Positions 26,358 through 35,907 of a DNA stretch of 64,000 bases are shown here, in pieces; position 1 is the first letter of the stretch, and every line of letters begins with the position of its first letter. The translations under genes were made by a program, and so were the position numbers. The stretch comes from an uncultured Desulfovibrionaceae bacterium (GTDB lineage: Bacteria > Desulfobacterota > Desulfovibrionia > Desulfovibrionales > Desulfovibrionaceae), in NCBI GenBank assembly GCA_944324045.1, contig CALUUT010000068.1, forward strand, positions 33,285 through 97,284, given 5' to 3'. A model generated the notes under the pieces. It made no database searches and was not told the origin of the DNA. It was given only the letters and a program-made list of their open reading frames with translations.

Positions 26358-27575
26358 TTAGTGTTCCGGCATCCTGTACACTTTTCTGTGATTCATGAAC
26401 GTCCAGGTGGCCAGCGAAAAAGCGCCGATGACCATGGTGATGACGGACAGGCGGAAGATGAAGGACGTGCCCCAGTTCAGGGAAGAGAGCATCATGGAGA
26501 TGGAGCCGCACAGCAGGGCCGTGCATACGATCAGCGAAGCCACGGTGCCATTATCCGACGTATGTTGGGACATCATAAGCACCGTGCCCAGAGGACGAAC
26601 GCAGGCGCAGCAGAATGTGACCGGCGCATAGAGAAAAGCGAAGAAAAACGGCCCGTTTTCGCCGAAGAAGAAGAGCAGCGCGCCAAAACAGAAGACCAGG
26701 GTGAAGATCACGCTTAAAAAACGGACCCGGGGCAGGTTGCGCAGAACACGCATGTACAAAATGGGGCCAAGCATGGAGAAGACCGCGTTAATGAGGAAAA
26801 AGAAACTGTATTCTTGAGTGGTGCGCTGGAAGAAGTTGATATAAATATAAGAGGAAGAGGCCAGAAAGGCCATGAACGGCATGATAAGACAGGAAAAAAG
26901 CAGAAGCAGCCAGCGGTAGCCGCTGTTTTTCAGCACGAAGCCTATGCGCCCGAGCGAGCGGAAGGGAGAGCCTTGAGTGCGTTCGCCCACAGTTTCCCTA
27001 AGGCCCAGGCTCAGCGCGAGCGCTATGACGCCGCAGGCGGTCAGCACCCAGAATGTGCCTCGCCAGGAAAGGTAATTGAGCAAAAACGCGCCGATCATGG
27101 GCGCGAACATGGGCGAGAGGACCGTCATGGTCTGGATGAGCGCGAGCACGCTTTCCATCAGGCGTCCGCGGAACGTGTCCTTGACAATGGCCATGGATAC
27201 GGAAGAGAGCGCCCCGCAGCTGAGAGCCTGAATGCAGCGGCCGATAATGAGCCATGTAATGGTCGGGGCATTGGCGCACAGGACGCTGGACAGGATGTAG
27301 ATGGAAAATCCCGTGAACAGGATGGGCTTTCTGCCGTATTTGTCGCTTAAGGGGCCCCAGATCAGCATGGAGAACGCAAAGACCAGCATGAACAGACTTA
27401 ACGTCAGGTTCACCGTATCCGCGTCGGCGTTGAAGATGCGCGCCATATGCGGAAGCGCGGGGAGGTAGAGGTCTGTGGAAATGGGAACAAAGGCGTTTAA
27501 AAAAGTGAGAAGACCAATAAGAAATTTTTGTCCCAGCGCATGAGGGCATGGGGTGCTGGTCGGGGTGTCCGTCAT
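26358..27575 (-). CDS. MFS transporter, Bcr/CflA drug-resistance subfamily
   Basis: The ATG at 27575 follows [22 protein letters not shown] and [14 protein letters not shown] motifs. About 12 TM segments. Confidence 0.85.
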   Translation of the reverse strand: MTDTPTSTPCPHALGQKFLIGLLTFLNAFVPISTDLYLPALPHMARIFNADADTVNLTLSLFMLVFAFSMLIWGPLSDKYGRKPILFTGFSIYILSSVLCANAPTITWLIIGRCIQALSCGALSSVSMAIVKDTFRGRLMESVLALIQTMTVLSPMFAPMIGAFLLNYLSWRGTFWVLTACGVIALALSLGLRETVGERTQGSPFRSLGRIGFVLKNSGYRWLLLLFSCLIMPFMAFLASSSYIYINFFQRTTQEYSFFFLINAVFSMLGPILYMRVLRNLPRVRFLSVIFTLVFCFGALLFFFGENGPFFFAFLYAPVTFCCACVRPLGTVLMMSQHTSDNGTVASLIVCTALLCGSISMMLSSLNWGTSFIFRLSVITMVIGAFSLATWTFMNHRKVYRMPEH

Positions 27576-27871
27576 TGTTCGCTCCTTGTTGCAACAGGTT
27601 GCGCGTACCGGCGACAGATGGAAAAGCGCGAAAAGCTTGCCGCAAGCCGCGGCGTTTCCGGCGGAAACGTCTTTGCTTTTCAAGCGGCTGCCATGGACCG
27701 GGCCGCCTGGACGCCTGCCGGGGAAAATTTGCGGAATGTACCGAACATATTAACTGAAATTAGTCAATGGAAATAATGTGGGAAAGAATGCGCGGAATAT
27801 ATGGGGAGAGTTTCAGGGGGCCGCGTTTTTGCCGGACGCGGCCGTTTTGCAGGGCTGATTTTTGAAAGCGG

Positions 27872-29236
27872 TCACTCTTCGTCTTTTTTGTGGGACGAGC
27901 GAAAGTGCAGCCGCATGGGCGCATGCTGGATATCAAAGGCCGCGCGCAATGATTTTTCCAGATACCGGGCGTAGGATTCCTTAACGCGGGCCGCGTCGTT
28001 GACGAACATGACGAAGGTCGGCGGGTTTGTTTCCGCCTGGGTCAGGTAATAGAATTTGGCGCGCACCCGATTGACGACCGGCGCCTGATGCCGGGCGAGC
28101 GCTTCTTCCATGGAGCGGTTCAATACCGCGGTAGGCACGCGGACGCCGCATTCTTCCCTGATGCGTTCAGCCATGGGCAGAATGTCTTTAAGCCCTTTTC
28201 CGCTTTTGGCCGAGACCATGAGCAGCGGCACATGACGGCAGAACAGGAGCGCGTCTTTAAAGGCCCGCGCGACCGCGGCCAACTGCCCGCGCGGCACAAG
28301 ATCAATTTTGTTGACCAGGACCATGAATGGGGTGCGCCGTTCGTCCAAAAGCGCGATCAGGCGTTTGTCCTGGACCGCCAGCCCTTCGACGGCGTCCAGG
28401 ACCAGGAGGGTCACATCCGCCTTGGTCGTGCTTTTGATTGAGGAGTTGACGGAGAATTTTTCCACGCTGTCCGTGATTTTCGTGCGCCGGCGCACGCCCG
28501 CGGTATCAACAAAGGTATAGCGCCGGCCGTTTTTTTCCACAGTGACGTCCACGCTGTCTCTGGTCGTGCCCGCGATATCGCTGACGATCATGCGGTCTTC
28601 GCCAAGCATGGCGTTCACCAGAGAGGATTTGCCCGCGTTGGGGCGTCCCAGCATGGCGATGCGCAAAGGAACGGCCGGGTTTTCTTCATGGGTTTCTTCT
28701 TCCGCGGGAAGCATGTCGCGCAAGGCTTCTTCCAGGGCAAGAATATTAAAGCCGTGGGCCGCGGAGACCGGGAGCATTTCAAAGCCCAGCGCGTGAAAAT
28801 CCATGCACATGGCGTCGGCCCGTTCTTCGCCGTCGACTTTGTTGACCGCAAGCAGCACGGGCTTGCCGCTTTTGCGGGCAAAGTCCGCCAGGCGTTCGTC
28901 AAAAGGCAAAAGACCGTCGCGTCCGTCCGTCACCAGACATATGGCGGCGGATTCGCGGACGGCCGTTTCAACCTGTTTGAGCATGTGTTCTTCAAATCCC
29001 TGACTGGCTTTGGGACCGGGAGCGGTCTTGTTTCCCGCATCCAGATTGACGCCGCCTGTGTCGATGATCACAAAGGCGCGTTCGCAGGGACGGCGCACGA
29101 CGCCTTCCATGCGGTCTCTGGTGATGCCCGGCCGGTCGTGGGTAATGGCCCTGTTGCTGCGGATAAGCCGGTTGAAAAGGGTCGATTTGCCGACGTTGGG
29201 CCGGCCTATGAGCGCTATTTTCGGCTGAGCGGACAT
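27872..29236 (-). CDS. der: ribosome-associated GTPase Der (EngA)
   Basis: Two tandem G domains (GRPNVGKSTLFN and GRPNAGKSSLVN, with DTGG and DTAG) plus a KH-like C-terminus. The ATG at 29236 is preceded by GAGGAA. Confidence 0.95.
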   Translation of the reverse strand: MSAQPKIALIGRPNVGKSTLFNRLIRSNRAITHDRPGITRDRMEGVVRRPCERAFVIIDTGGVNLDAGNKTAPGPKASQGFEEHMLKQVETAVRESAAICLVTDGRDGLLPFDERLADFARKSGKPVLLAVNKVDGEERADAMCMDFHALGFEMLPVSAAHGFNILALEEALRDMLPAEEETHEENPAVPLRIAMLGRPNAGKSSLVNAMLGEDRMIVSDIAGTTRDSVDVTVEKNGRRYTFVDTAGVRRRTKITDSVEKFSVNSSIKSTTKADVTLLVLDAVEGLAVQDKRLIALLDERRTPFMVLVNKIDLVPRGQLAAVARAFKDALLFCRHVPLLMVSAKSGKGLKDILPMAERIREECGVRVPTAVLNRSMEEALARHQAPVVNRVRAKFYYLTQAETNPPTFVMFVNDAARVKESYARYLEKSLRAAFDIQHAPMRLHFRSSHKKDEE

Positions 29237-29247
29237 GATGTTCCTCA

Positions 29248-30342
29248 TTATGATTCCAGGGATTTCAGGGCGCGCGACGCATCAAAGGCGTCAGGCCAGG
29301 CGGGGTCTGCGCGATATTGTTCGCCGTCCGGAAGCGTGATGCGCCAGGCATGGAGCAGCATGGGCCCTTTTTGGTCCGGGGCTCCGTATTTGCGGTCTCC
29401 GATGATAGGATATCCGCGCAGGGCGAGCTGCGTCCGTATCTGGTGCGTGCGGCCGGTCAGCAGGGTTATGAGCAAAAGCGTTCTGTTTTCATGAATTTCA
29501 AGCGCCAGAGCCAGAGCTTTGGCCGCGCGTCCTTTTTCCATGCGCTCCATGCGTTCGTATGGGCCGGATTGCTTTTTGCCCAACGTATCTTCAAGGAAGA
29601 TCGGTTTGCGCGATATGCGCCAGGCGCCGCGCACCCAGGCCAGGTATTCCTTGCGCAAGGAGTCGGGAGCGTGCGGGGCGCGGCTTTTCTGGGCAAACAA
29701 TTCATGCAGCCGGGCAAGACGCGCATAGGTTTTCGCCGCCAGCACGATTCCGGACGTGTCCTTGTCAAGACGGTGCGCGGGCGTGGGCATGAACGCCGCA
29801 TGAGCGTAGCGGCCGGCAAGACGCGCGGTCAGGCTGTCCGTATGTCCGGTTCCCGGATGCGTGGGCAATCCGGCTGGTTTGAAAAGGACCAGCAGGTCCG
29901 GCGTTTCCGCGAGAATTGTAAGCGCCGGGGCATGCCGCGCGGCATTGTTCGGCTGTTTGGACCGCGCTTGCGCGGCGTTTTGGGACGCGCCGGCCGCGGC
30001 GTTGCTTTTCGTACGCTTTTGCGCTGTTTCGCGGTCCGGTTCGGCGAGCTCCTTTGCTGTCCGCATGGGCGGAATCCGGATGCTCTGTCCGGATTCCACG
30101 CGCTGAAAGGGAGTGGCGCGGCAGCCGTTTACTCTGACCTCTCCTGAGCGGATGATGCGATGGAGCATGGAATCGGGCACGGCGCCGGCGGTCGGCGTCA
30201 GCCGCCGCCGCAGGAATTGCAGCAGTTTCTGTCCGGATTCGGCTTTCGTGACCGTGATGTTCAAAACCGCGCCCATGCGTCGCTCCGTGCTGAAACCTGC
30301 GAAACCCGGCGTTGCACGCCGGGTTTCGGTACTGTCTGTCAA
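29248..30342 (-). CDS. RluA-family pseudouridine synthase with N-terminal S4 domain
   Basis: S4-like IIRSGEVRVNG, catalytic HRLDKDTSG and GRTHQIR. Ala/Gln-rich insert between the S4 and catalytic domains. Confidence 0.85.
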   Translation of the reverse strand: MTDSTETRRATPGFAGFSTERRMGAVLNITVTKAESGQKLLQFLRRRLTPTAGAVPDSMLHRIIRSGEVRVNGCRATPFQRVESGQSIRIPPMRTAKELAEPDRETAQKRTKSNAAAGASQNAAQARSKQPNNAARHAPALTILAETPDLLVLFKPAGLPTHPGTGHTDSLTARLAGRYAHAAFMPTPAHRLDKDTSGIVLAAKTYARLARLHELFAQKSRAPHAPDSLRKEYLAWVRGAWRISRKPIFLEDTLGKKQSGPYERMERMEKGRAAKALALALEIHENRTLLLITLLTGRTHQIRTQLALRGYPIIGDRKYGAPDQKGPMLLHAWRITLPDGEQYRADPAWPDAFDASRALKSLES

Positions 30343-30396
30343 AACGTTTTTTGACGTCTTACCCTGCTTGAGAGAGACGGTTTCGCGTCGGGCGTC

Positions 30397-32067
30397 TTAT
30401 TCCGTCACCGAGGGCAGCGTGTTGGGGTCTGTCTTGCTCAGATCCAGAGGATAGGCAAGCACCATGGCCCGCCGGTTCGAGAGGCCAAGAGCGCCCGGAT
30501 GCGAGTTGACCAGCACCACAAGGTACATTCTGCCGTCGTTGTTGACGTCGGCGAAGTTGAAATCGACAATGGTTCCCTTGATGCGCCGGGTTTTCCATTT
30601 CAGGCTCATGCCAAGGCCGTCCCAGAACAGGGACTGTATTTCGCCCTGCGGGAAGGTGCGGTAGTTGGTGAATATCTGGCTGGCCGTGGAAATGGGGCGC
30701 AGTATGATGACTTCGCTTTTGCCGTCGCCGTCCAGGTCGTTCACAATCATCCGGATGGGCACATGATAATAGTTTTTAACGCCGTCGTTCGCGCTGGTCT
30801 GGCCGAAGGGCGAGTCGTTCAGTTCAATGCCGACGGAGGAGCCGCTGTATTTTTCATCCGTTTCAGCCAGCATTTTCAAATCCTCGGTGTACAGGCGCAG
30901 GCGTTCCTGGTCGGTCAGCATAAGGAACTTGTCGCCTTCTTCCATGTCCGGAAGCCAGTCTATGGCGAACAGTTTGGCGAATTCGGGCATCTTGAGACGT
31001 CTGCCAAGCTCAAAGCCGCTTTGGGTCTTCGTCATTTCATAGATGCCGGGGCGGAAGGGGTCGCGCATGTCGCCGTCCTGTCCGAGAAGAACAGGCACGT
31101 AGTCCGGCGGCGTTTTCAGGACGTTGAGATAATATGGAATTTTTTTGTGCTCCACATGAAATTCCTTGCCGTCGAAGGTCAGCATCATGGTGGCGATATC
31201 CTTGCGGTCGTCGCGCGCGTTGACGATGATCTTGGGCAGGCTGTCGCGATCTTCCCACAGACGCAGGTTGATGGGGTGGAGCATGAGCGACAGAGGAAAT
31301 TCCGCGATGATGTTCAGGCGTCCGTTTTCGAAACGTCCGGCGTACACCTTGCGTTCGCCCAAAATAAGCACTTCGACCTGACCGTCTCTGTCCACATCGC
31401 CCACTTCCATGCTCACGCCGGGGAAGCTCAGCGACTGACTGCGCAAAAGCGTGGTGTCCTCGCCGCCGGCATAACGGAACTGGGGGTTCATATAGACTTG
31501 CTGTTGCTGCGGCTGGGTCTGATTGTTTAAAATATCCGGATTCATGGAGTTTTGCGCGCTTTGCGCGGCGGCCGCGGGCCGGGTCCGGGCCGCGGGCGCT
31601 GTTTCAATTTGCAGCTTGAACACTTCGGTGGCCACGCTGTCCGCCATGCGCTGTATCTGCGGAATGATGTTGTTGACCACGCCCTGCGTGGATTTGCTCC
31701 AGATGTTGCCGGCGGCGTCGCGAACCCGCACGTCCAACGTGGAGCTGTTGCCATTTACGGTCAGCGTGCCCCACAGCAGATAGCCGGTTTTGAATTTTTC
31801 CTGGAGTTCCTGGGCTTCTTTGTCGGACGCCACAGCTTTCATGTTGGAAGCGTTCAGGCTCATGGGCTGGAACTGTCCGCCGCCGGCCCTGTAGAGACGC
31901 GAAGAGAACATGGGGGCTATGGCTTTTTCCAGATATTTGTAGTCCGCCGGCCCGTTGACCGTGAAGGGCATGACGGCGTAGTTTTGCACCGCGGCCTGAG
32001 CGCCGGCGGCAAAACCCAGCAGCATGAGCAACGTGCCAAGCACAACAATGCGTTGCGTCAGTTTCAT
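30397..32067 (-). CDS. secreted FG-GAP/VCBS-repeat protein
   Basis: The ATG at 32067 follows AAGGAGA. Signal peptide MKLTQRIVVLGTLLMLLGFAAGAQA. Repeats DVDRDGQVEVLILG, DLDGDGKSEVIIL and DVNNDGRMYLVVL. Confidence 0.75.
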   Translation of the reverse strand: MKLTQRIVVLGTLLMLLGFAAGAQAAVQNYAVMPFTVNGPADYKYLEKAIAPMFSSRLYRAGGGQFQPMSLNASNMKAVASDKEAQELQEKFKTGYLLWGTLTVNGNSSTLDVRVRDAAGNIWSKSTQGVVNNIIPQIQRMADSVATEVFKLQIETAPAARTRPAAAAQSAQNSMNPDILNNQTQPQQQQVYMNPQFRYAGGEDTTLLRSQSLSFPGVSMEVGDVDRDGQVEVLILGERKVYAGRFENGRLNIIAEFPLSLMLHPINLRLWEDRDSLPKIIVNARDDRKDIATMMLTFDGKEFHVEHKKIPYYLNVLKTPPDYVPVLLGQDGDMRDPFRPGIYEMTKTQSGFELGRRLKMPEFAKLFAIDWLPDMEEGDKFLMLTDQERLRLYTEDLKMLAETDEKYSGSSVGIELNDSPFGQTSANDGVKNYYHVPIRMIVNDLDGDGKSEVIILRPISTASQIFTNYRTFPQGEIQSLFWDGLGMSLKWKTRRIKGTIVDFNFADVNNDGRMYLVVLVNSHPGALGLSNRRAMVLAYPLDLSKTDPNTLPSVTE

Positions 32068-32473
32068 AAGCAAAAATCTCCTTTGGGAATAGAGACATTC
32101 AGCGCAAGGAGCCTTTCCGGCGGAGCGCATACGGCCTTAAAACGAGCCTGGGCCGGGCGCAAGGGCTGAAAAGAGGGCGGCGCAAAAGGCCGTCCCCACG
32201 GTAGTCGTCTTCAAAAAGCCCTTTGCCTTCCGAAAAAACAGGAAGCGGTTTCAGGACGTGGTCCGGGCTTTCAGCAAGACGCCGTCCCGTAAAAATATGT
32301 TCTTTTCAGGGCATCGCGTCTTTGCGCGGAAGAGTTTCCGCCGCCGGGGCCGCCTTGCAAACAGTGAAGGCACTCTAAAGGTCTTTTGGGGAAAGATCAA
32401 TCGGAATCCGGAAGATGACATATTTTGAAATAACGCTTGCGCTGCAAAGCAACCTTGGGATACTGCGTTTTGC

Positions 32474-33829
32474 ATGACCAGACAGTATTTCCGTTCTTTT
32501 CGGCTGGTGTGCCGCGCCCATGAACGGGACGCGGCGTGCGCGCTTTTACGGGCGCAGGGCTATGCATTCGAGCCGGAGCCTTTTTCTTCCTGGGCCTTTC
32601 GGCTGACGGCGGAACCGAGGCCTTTGGGCGGCAGTCTCGCGGCGTTTTTCGGGCTTATATATATTCAGGACCGCTCGTCCATGCTGCCGCCTCTGGCCTT
32701 AGCCCCGGCGCCAGGCGGCGTTGTCTTGGATATGTGCGCAAGTCCGGGCAGCAAAACCGGTTTTCTGGCGCAGCTTGTGGGCGAAAACGGTTTTGTGGCC
32801 GGAAACGAGCCGAATCGCGCCCGTCTTGGAACATTGCGTCAAAATCTTGTCGCGCTCAATCTCATGAACGCCGCGACCCTGTCCTGCGCGGGCGAGAGTC
32901 TGCCTCTTGCGCCGGACAGTCTGGATGCGATTCAGCTTGATCCGCCGTGCAGCGGTTGGGGCACAGAGGAGCGCAATCCCAATGTGCGCAAGCTGTGGCG
33001 CGGCGACCGGATAAAGCCTCTTATCGGGTTGCAGCGGCTTTTGCTCGCGCGCGCGGCCATGCTGCTGAAGCCCGGCGGCCGGCTTGTGTACTCCACATGC
33101 ACCACCAATCCGCAGGAAAACGAAGAACAGGTCCGGTATGCCCTGGATTATCTGGGGTTGCGCCTTGAGCCGCTTCCAGCGGTTCCCGGTTTCGTCATGG
33201 ATGCGCCCAAGCATGGGGACTGCGTCGGGACGTGGCTGGTCAACGGGGCGGATTCCGGGGCGCAGGGGTTTTATGTGGCCGCGTTTTCCAAGGATGCGCC
33301 CTATTCCGGGACGGCTTGTTCAAAGAGCGCGGGGCCGGCGCATCGCGCCGCGCGCGGCGCTTCTTGGGCGTCTCGTTCCGGTTTTCCGGGACAGGGGACG
33401 GCATGGCCGGGAGAAACGCTTTCCCGCGACTGCCTTGACGGCGTCTGTCTTGATTCGGCGCTGCTTCCGGAAGGACGGCTCGCGGCGTTTAACGGAACCG
33501 TGTATTTTTTGCCCCAAAAGGCGGAAAACCTGCTTGCCGGGACGGTTCCATGGCAGGGGTTCGCTCTTGGAAAAGCCGGGGGCGGCGGGGTGCGGCCGTC
33601 GCCGCGCGCGCGAAAGCTCATGCGCCCGGCCGGGGCCGGGCCATGCCTTGATCTGGATGAGCCGCGCGTCATAGCGGATGTGCTTTCAGGACAGAGCATC
33701 CAGTTCGCCGTTTCGGACGGCCTGGGGCTGAAAACCGGCTATTCAGGAGATGCGGGGCTGTACTTTCGCGGCATGCCTCTTGGCCTGCTGCGGGTGAAAA
33801 ACGGCCGCGCTTTCTGGAGCGAAGGATAG
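32474..33829 (+). CDS. RsmB/RsmF (NOL1/NOP2/Sun) family rRNA cytosine-C5 methyltransferase
   Basis: SAM-binding DMCASPGSKT, catalytic DPPCSGWG and VYSTCT motifs. Confidence 0.85.
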   Translation: MTRQYFRSFRLVCRAHERDAACALLRAQGYAFEPEPFSSWAFRLTAEPRPLGGSLAAFFGLIYIQDRSSMLPPLALAPAPGGVVLDMCASPGSKTGFLAQLVGENGFVAGNEPNRARLGTLRQNLVALNLMNAATLSCAGESLPLAPDSLDAIQLDPPCSGWGTEERNPNVRKLWRGDRIKPLIGLQRLLLARAAMLLKPGGRLVYSTCTTNPQENEEQVRYALDYLGLRLEPLPAVPGFVMDAPKHGDCVGTWLVNGADSGAQGFYVAAFSKDAPYSGTACSKSAGPAHRAARGASWASRSGFPGQGTAWPGETLSRDCLDGVCLDSALLPEGRLAAFNGTVYFLPQKAENLLAGTVPWQGFALGKAGGGGVRPSPRARKLMRPAGAGPCLDLDEPRVIADVLSGQSIQFAVSDGLGLKTGYSGDAGLYFRGMPLGLLRVKNGRAFWSEG

Positions 33830-33836
33830 AAAACGC

Positions 33837-34322
33837 ATGGGGCAGAGAGAACACAGGCGGATGATTCCGCTTTGCGCGTTGCTTTTGCTTGCGGCGGCCC
33901 TGTGGGGCTGCGGCGCAAAGCGGATTGAGGTTCCGGACGGGCAGCCCGCGAATGGTCCGGCTGTCGTGCGTACAGCGCGGACCCAGCTTGGCGTGCCGTA
34001 TAAATGGGGCGGCAGTTCCCCTGAAACAGGCTTTGACTGTTCCGGGTATATTTGCTGGGTGTATGCCCGGCACGGGATAACCGTGCCGCGTCACACTTCG
34101 GCTCAGGCCAAGGCGGGACGGCCCGTAAGCCGCAAACAGCTTAAGCCGGGCGATATTCTTGTGTTCCGGCAGCCGGGGAAAAAGGGCGTGGCGCATACCG
34201 GAATTTACGCGGGAAAGGGCACGTTTCTGCATAGCCCCAAATCCGGCGCAAAGGTCAGGGAAGAAGCGCTCGCCGGCGTATGGAGCAAGTGGTTTTTGGG
34301 CGGACGGCGCGTTTTGCCGTGA
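33837..34322 (+). CDS. NlpC/P60 (C40) peptidoglycan endopeptidase lipoprotein
   Basis: Lipobox LAAALWGC, GVPYKWGGSSPETGFDCSGYICWVY (catalytic Cys) and HTGIY..G.FLHSP (His). Confidence 0.9.
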   Translation: MGQREHRRMIPLCALLLLAAALWGCGAKRIEVPDGQPANGPAVVRTARTQLGVPYKWGGSSPETGFDCSGYICWVYARHGITVPRHTSAQAKAGRPVSRKQLKPGDILVFRQPGKKGVAHTGIYAGKGTFLHSPKSGAKVREEALAGVWSKWFLGGRRVLP

Positions 34323-34406
34323 AGGCCGCTTCACAGCGCCGCAGGACAAAAGCCGCGCGGGATCATGACGGCCGCATCCTGCAATGCGTTCACGCCGGGT
34401 TTCTTT

Positions 34407-34958
34407 TCAATTATTCTTTAGCAGCTGCATGGGGAGACTTGAAACAAAGATTTCCATGCCTTTTTCGTCAAATCCATATATGACGCCAAGGAACAGGTTT
34501 ATGGGACATGTTTTTCCATTGGCGAATTGCACATCGGTGTCAAAAGCCAGCAATTCCCCCCGCTCGACATCGGAAAACGAGGGCGGCCTGACATAGGCGA
34601 GAAGTCTGCCGCGTCCCGCTTCTTTATGCCTGAAGTTTATTGATATTACGGACATATCTTTGGCCACCTTTTCTTCCGTGCATTCAATGTCCTCTATTTT
34701 TTCATTATTTTCCAGGGCGTCCTCTATGGATTCCGTGATGTCTATCCCTGTTCTTGCCTCAATGCCTTCCGCAATCACCTGATATATTGTATCAAGCTGT
34801 TTCCCTCGTTCCGGTGTTTCCGAGATGGTCTTGTTCGCCAGCCGCATCACTGTGAGCAAAGATGCGTTCAACGCCTTGTCCTTTGCGCTGTCAAAGAAAA
34901 GCAAGTATATGGAGCCGTATACAAGCAGGACAAACAGGGAAAGCCCCCAAAGCGCCAA
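34407..34958 (-). CDS. hypothetical membrane-anchored protein (183 aa; TTG start uncertain)
   Basis: Single N-terminal TM segment LWGLSLFVLLVYGSIYLLFF followed by an acidic soluble domain. Lies in a visibly AT-richer stretch. No family recognised. Confidence 0.45.
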   Translation of the reverse strand: MALWGLSLFVLLVYGSIYLLFFDSAKDKALNASLLTVMRLANKTISETPERGKQLDTIYQVIAEGIEARTGIDITESIEDALENNEKIEDIECTEEKVAKDMSVISINFRHKEAGRGRLLAYVRPPSFSDVERGELLAFDTDVQFANGKTCPINLFLGVIYGFDEKGMEIFVSSLPMQLLKNN

Positions 34959-35147
34959 ATATATTGTCAGGCATCCTTTGAGACACCCGGGTTTTTGTTT
35001 TCGTTTGGCATGGCTGCTTTTGACCCCCTTATTTATACGCGATGAACGGGCGCATGCTGTGGAAAAGCGGTAAATGGACTGGCTGTCAGGCGTCAGAACA
35101 GTGTTTGCCGACGCCGGAAAACAAAAGAAGGTATGTGAAGACCGTTT

Positions 35148-35507
35148 CTAGATTGGCGATGTGATTCCCATGGCGTCGCACAGGCGATGGAATTCCTTTT
35201 TTACGGAGCCGCAGCATCGCTTTCCGTAGCGTTGTATCTCCATTACCGCCTGTGCAGCGCCAATATGTATTCCCCGCGCTATTTCAGGCAACGGATTCGT
35301 TCCCGGATTGCGCTCCACCACCCATCGGCCGTATGTTTTAGAAAGTTCGTCAACAAATGCCGGGTGTGAGTTCAGTTCATCTTCATAGCAGACGAAAAAA
35401 TAGGCAATCAGAGCGGCGTCGTTGGAAATGTCCGGCGTCCGGCAAAACGCCGGCGCGCACATAATGCAAAGACAGGCGCAGATGAAAAATGCAATGCCAT
35501 ATTTCAT
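35148..35507 (-). CDS. hypothetical secreted protein (119 aa)
   Basis: SD AGGAGGG. Signal peptide MKYGIAFFICACLCIMCAPAFC. AT-richer context. Confidence 0.55.
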   Translation of the reverse strand: MKYGIAFFICACLCIMCAPAFCRTPDISNDAALIAYFFVCYEDELNSHPAFVDELSKTYGRWVVERNPGTNPLPEIARGIHIGAAQAVMEIQRYGKRCCGSVKKEFHRLCDAMGITSPI

Positions 35508-35839
35508 TCTACATTCCCTCCTAAATTCCTCTGATGGATTTTGGCCTTCAGGGCGGCGCCTGCGTCTGCCCTGAAGGCGCCCGTTGTGTTCTCAGCATGG
35601 TGTGCGCCGGGGTTTCCCTGTCTCCTCTTTTTATTACTCGCCGGGCATGAGCTGCCACATTTCTTTTATGATATGGGGCGGTTCCAATCCAAAGGGTTCC
35701 AGATTTTGGATATATTTTTGGCGAACATCCCGGCAGCCCTTTTGTCCTAATTTTTGTTGATAAGCGCTGCCAGCACGCACTACATAGTACCGGGCGGCGA
35801 TACCGGATGCGAGATAATCAAAAGCGTCATAAATATGAT

Positions 35840-35871
35840 AAAAAAGGCCTCGCATCGCGAGGCCTTTTTTT
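35840..35871. terminator. bidirectional intrinsic terminator after the 388-aa gene
   Basis: aaaaaa ggcctcgc atc gcgaggcc ttttttt. Confidence 0.8.
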
Positions 35872-35907
35872 CAGCGGAAAGCATGATGCCGCGCACGTTG
35901 CCGGACA

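Noticed and set aside
26233-26526. 98-codon N-terminal extension of the tgt ORF
   Set aside because: Tgt homology begins at the ATG at 26232. The extension overlaps the MFS-gene terminator hairpin and is His/Arg-rich nonsense.
30499-31530. 343-aa plus-strand ORF
   Set aside because: It is antisense to the FG-GAP repeat protein gene and has no motifs.
35634-35855. 73-aa minus-strand ORF (MRGLFYHIYDAFDYL...)
   Set aside because: Its only ATG lies in the loop of the strong terminator hairpin at 35846-35864, and it has no SD. It could still be real from an internal start, but I cannot support it.
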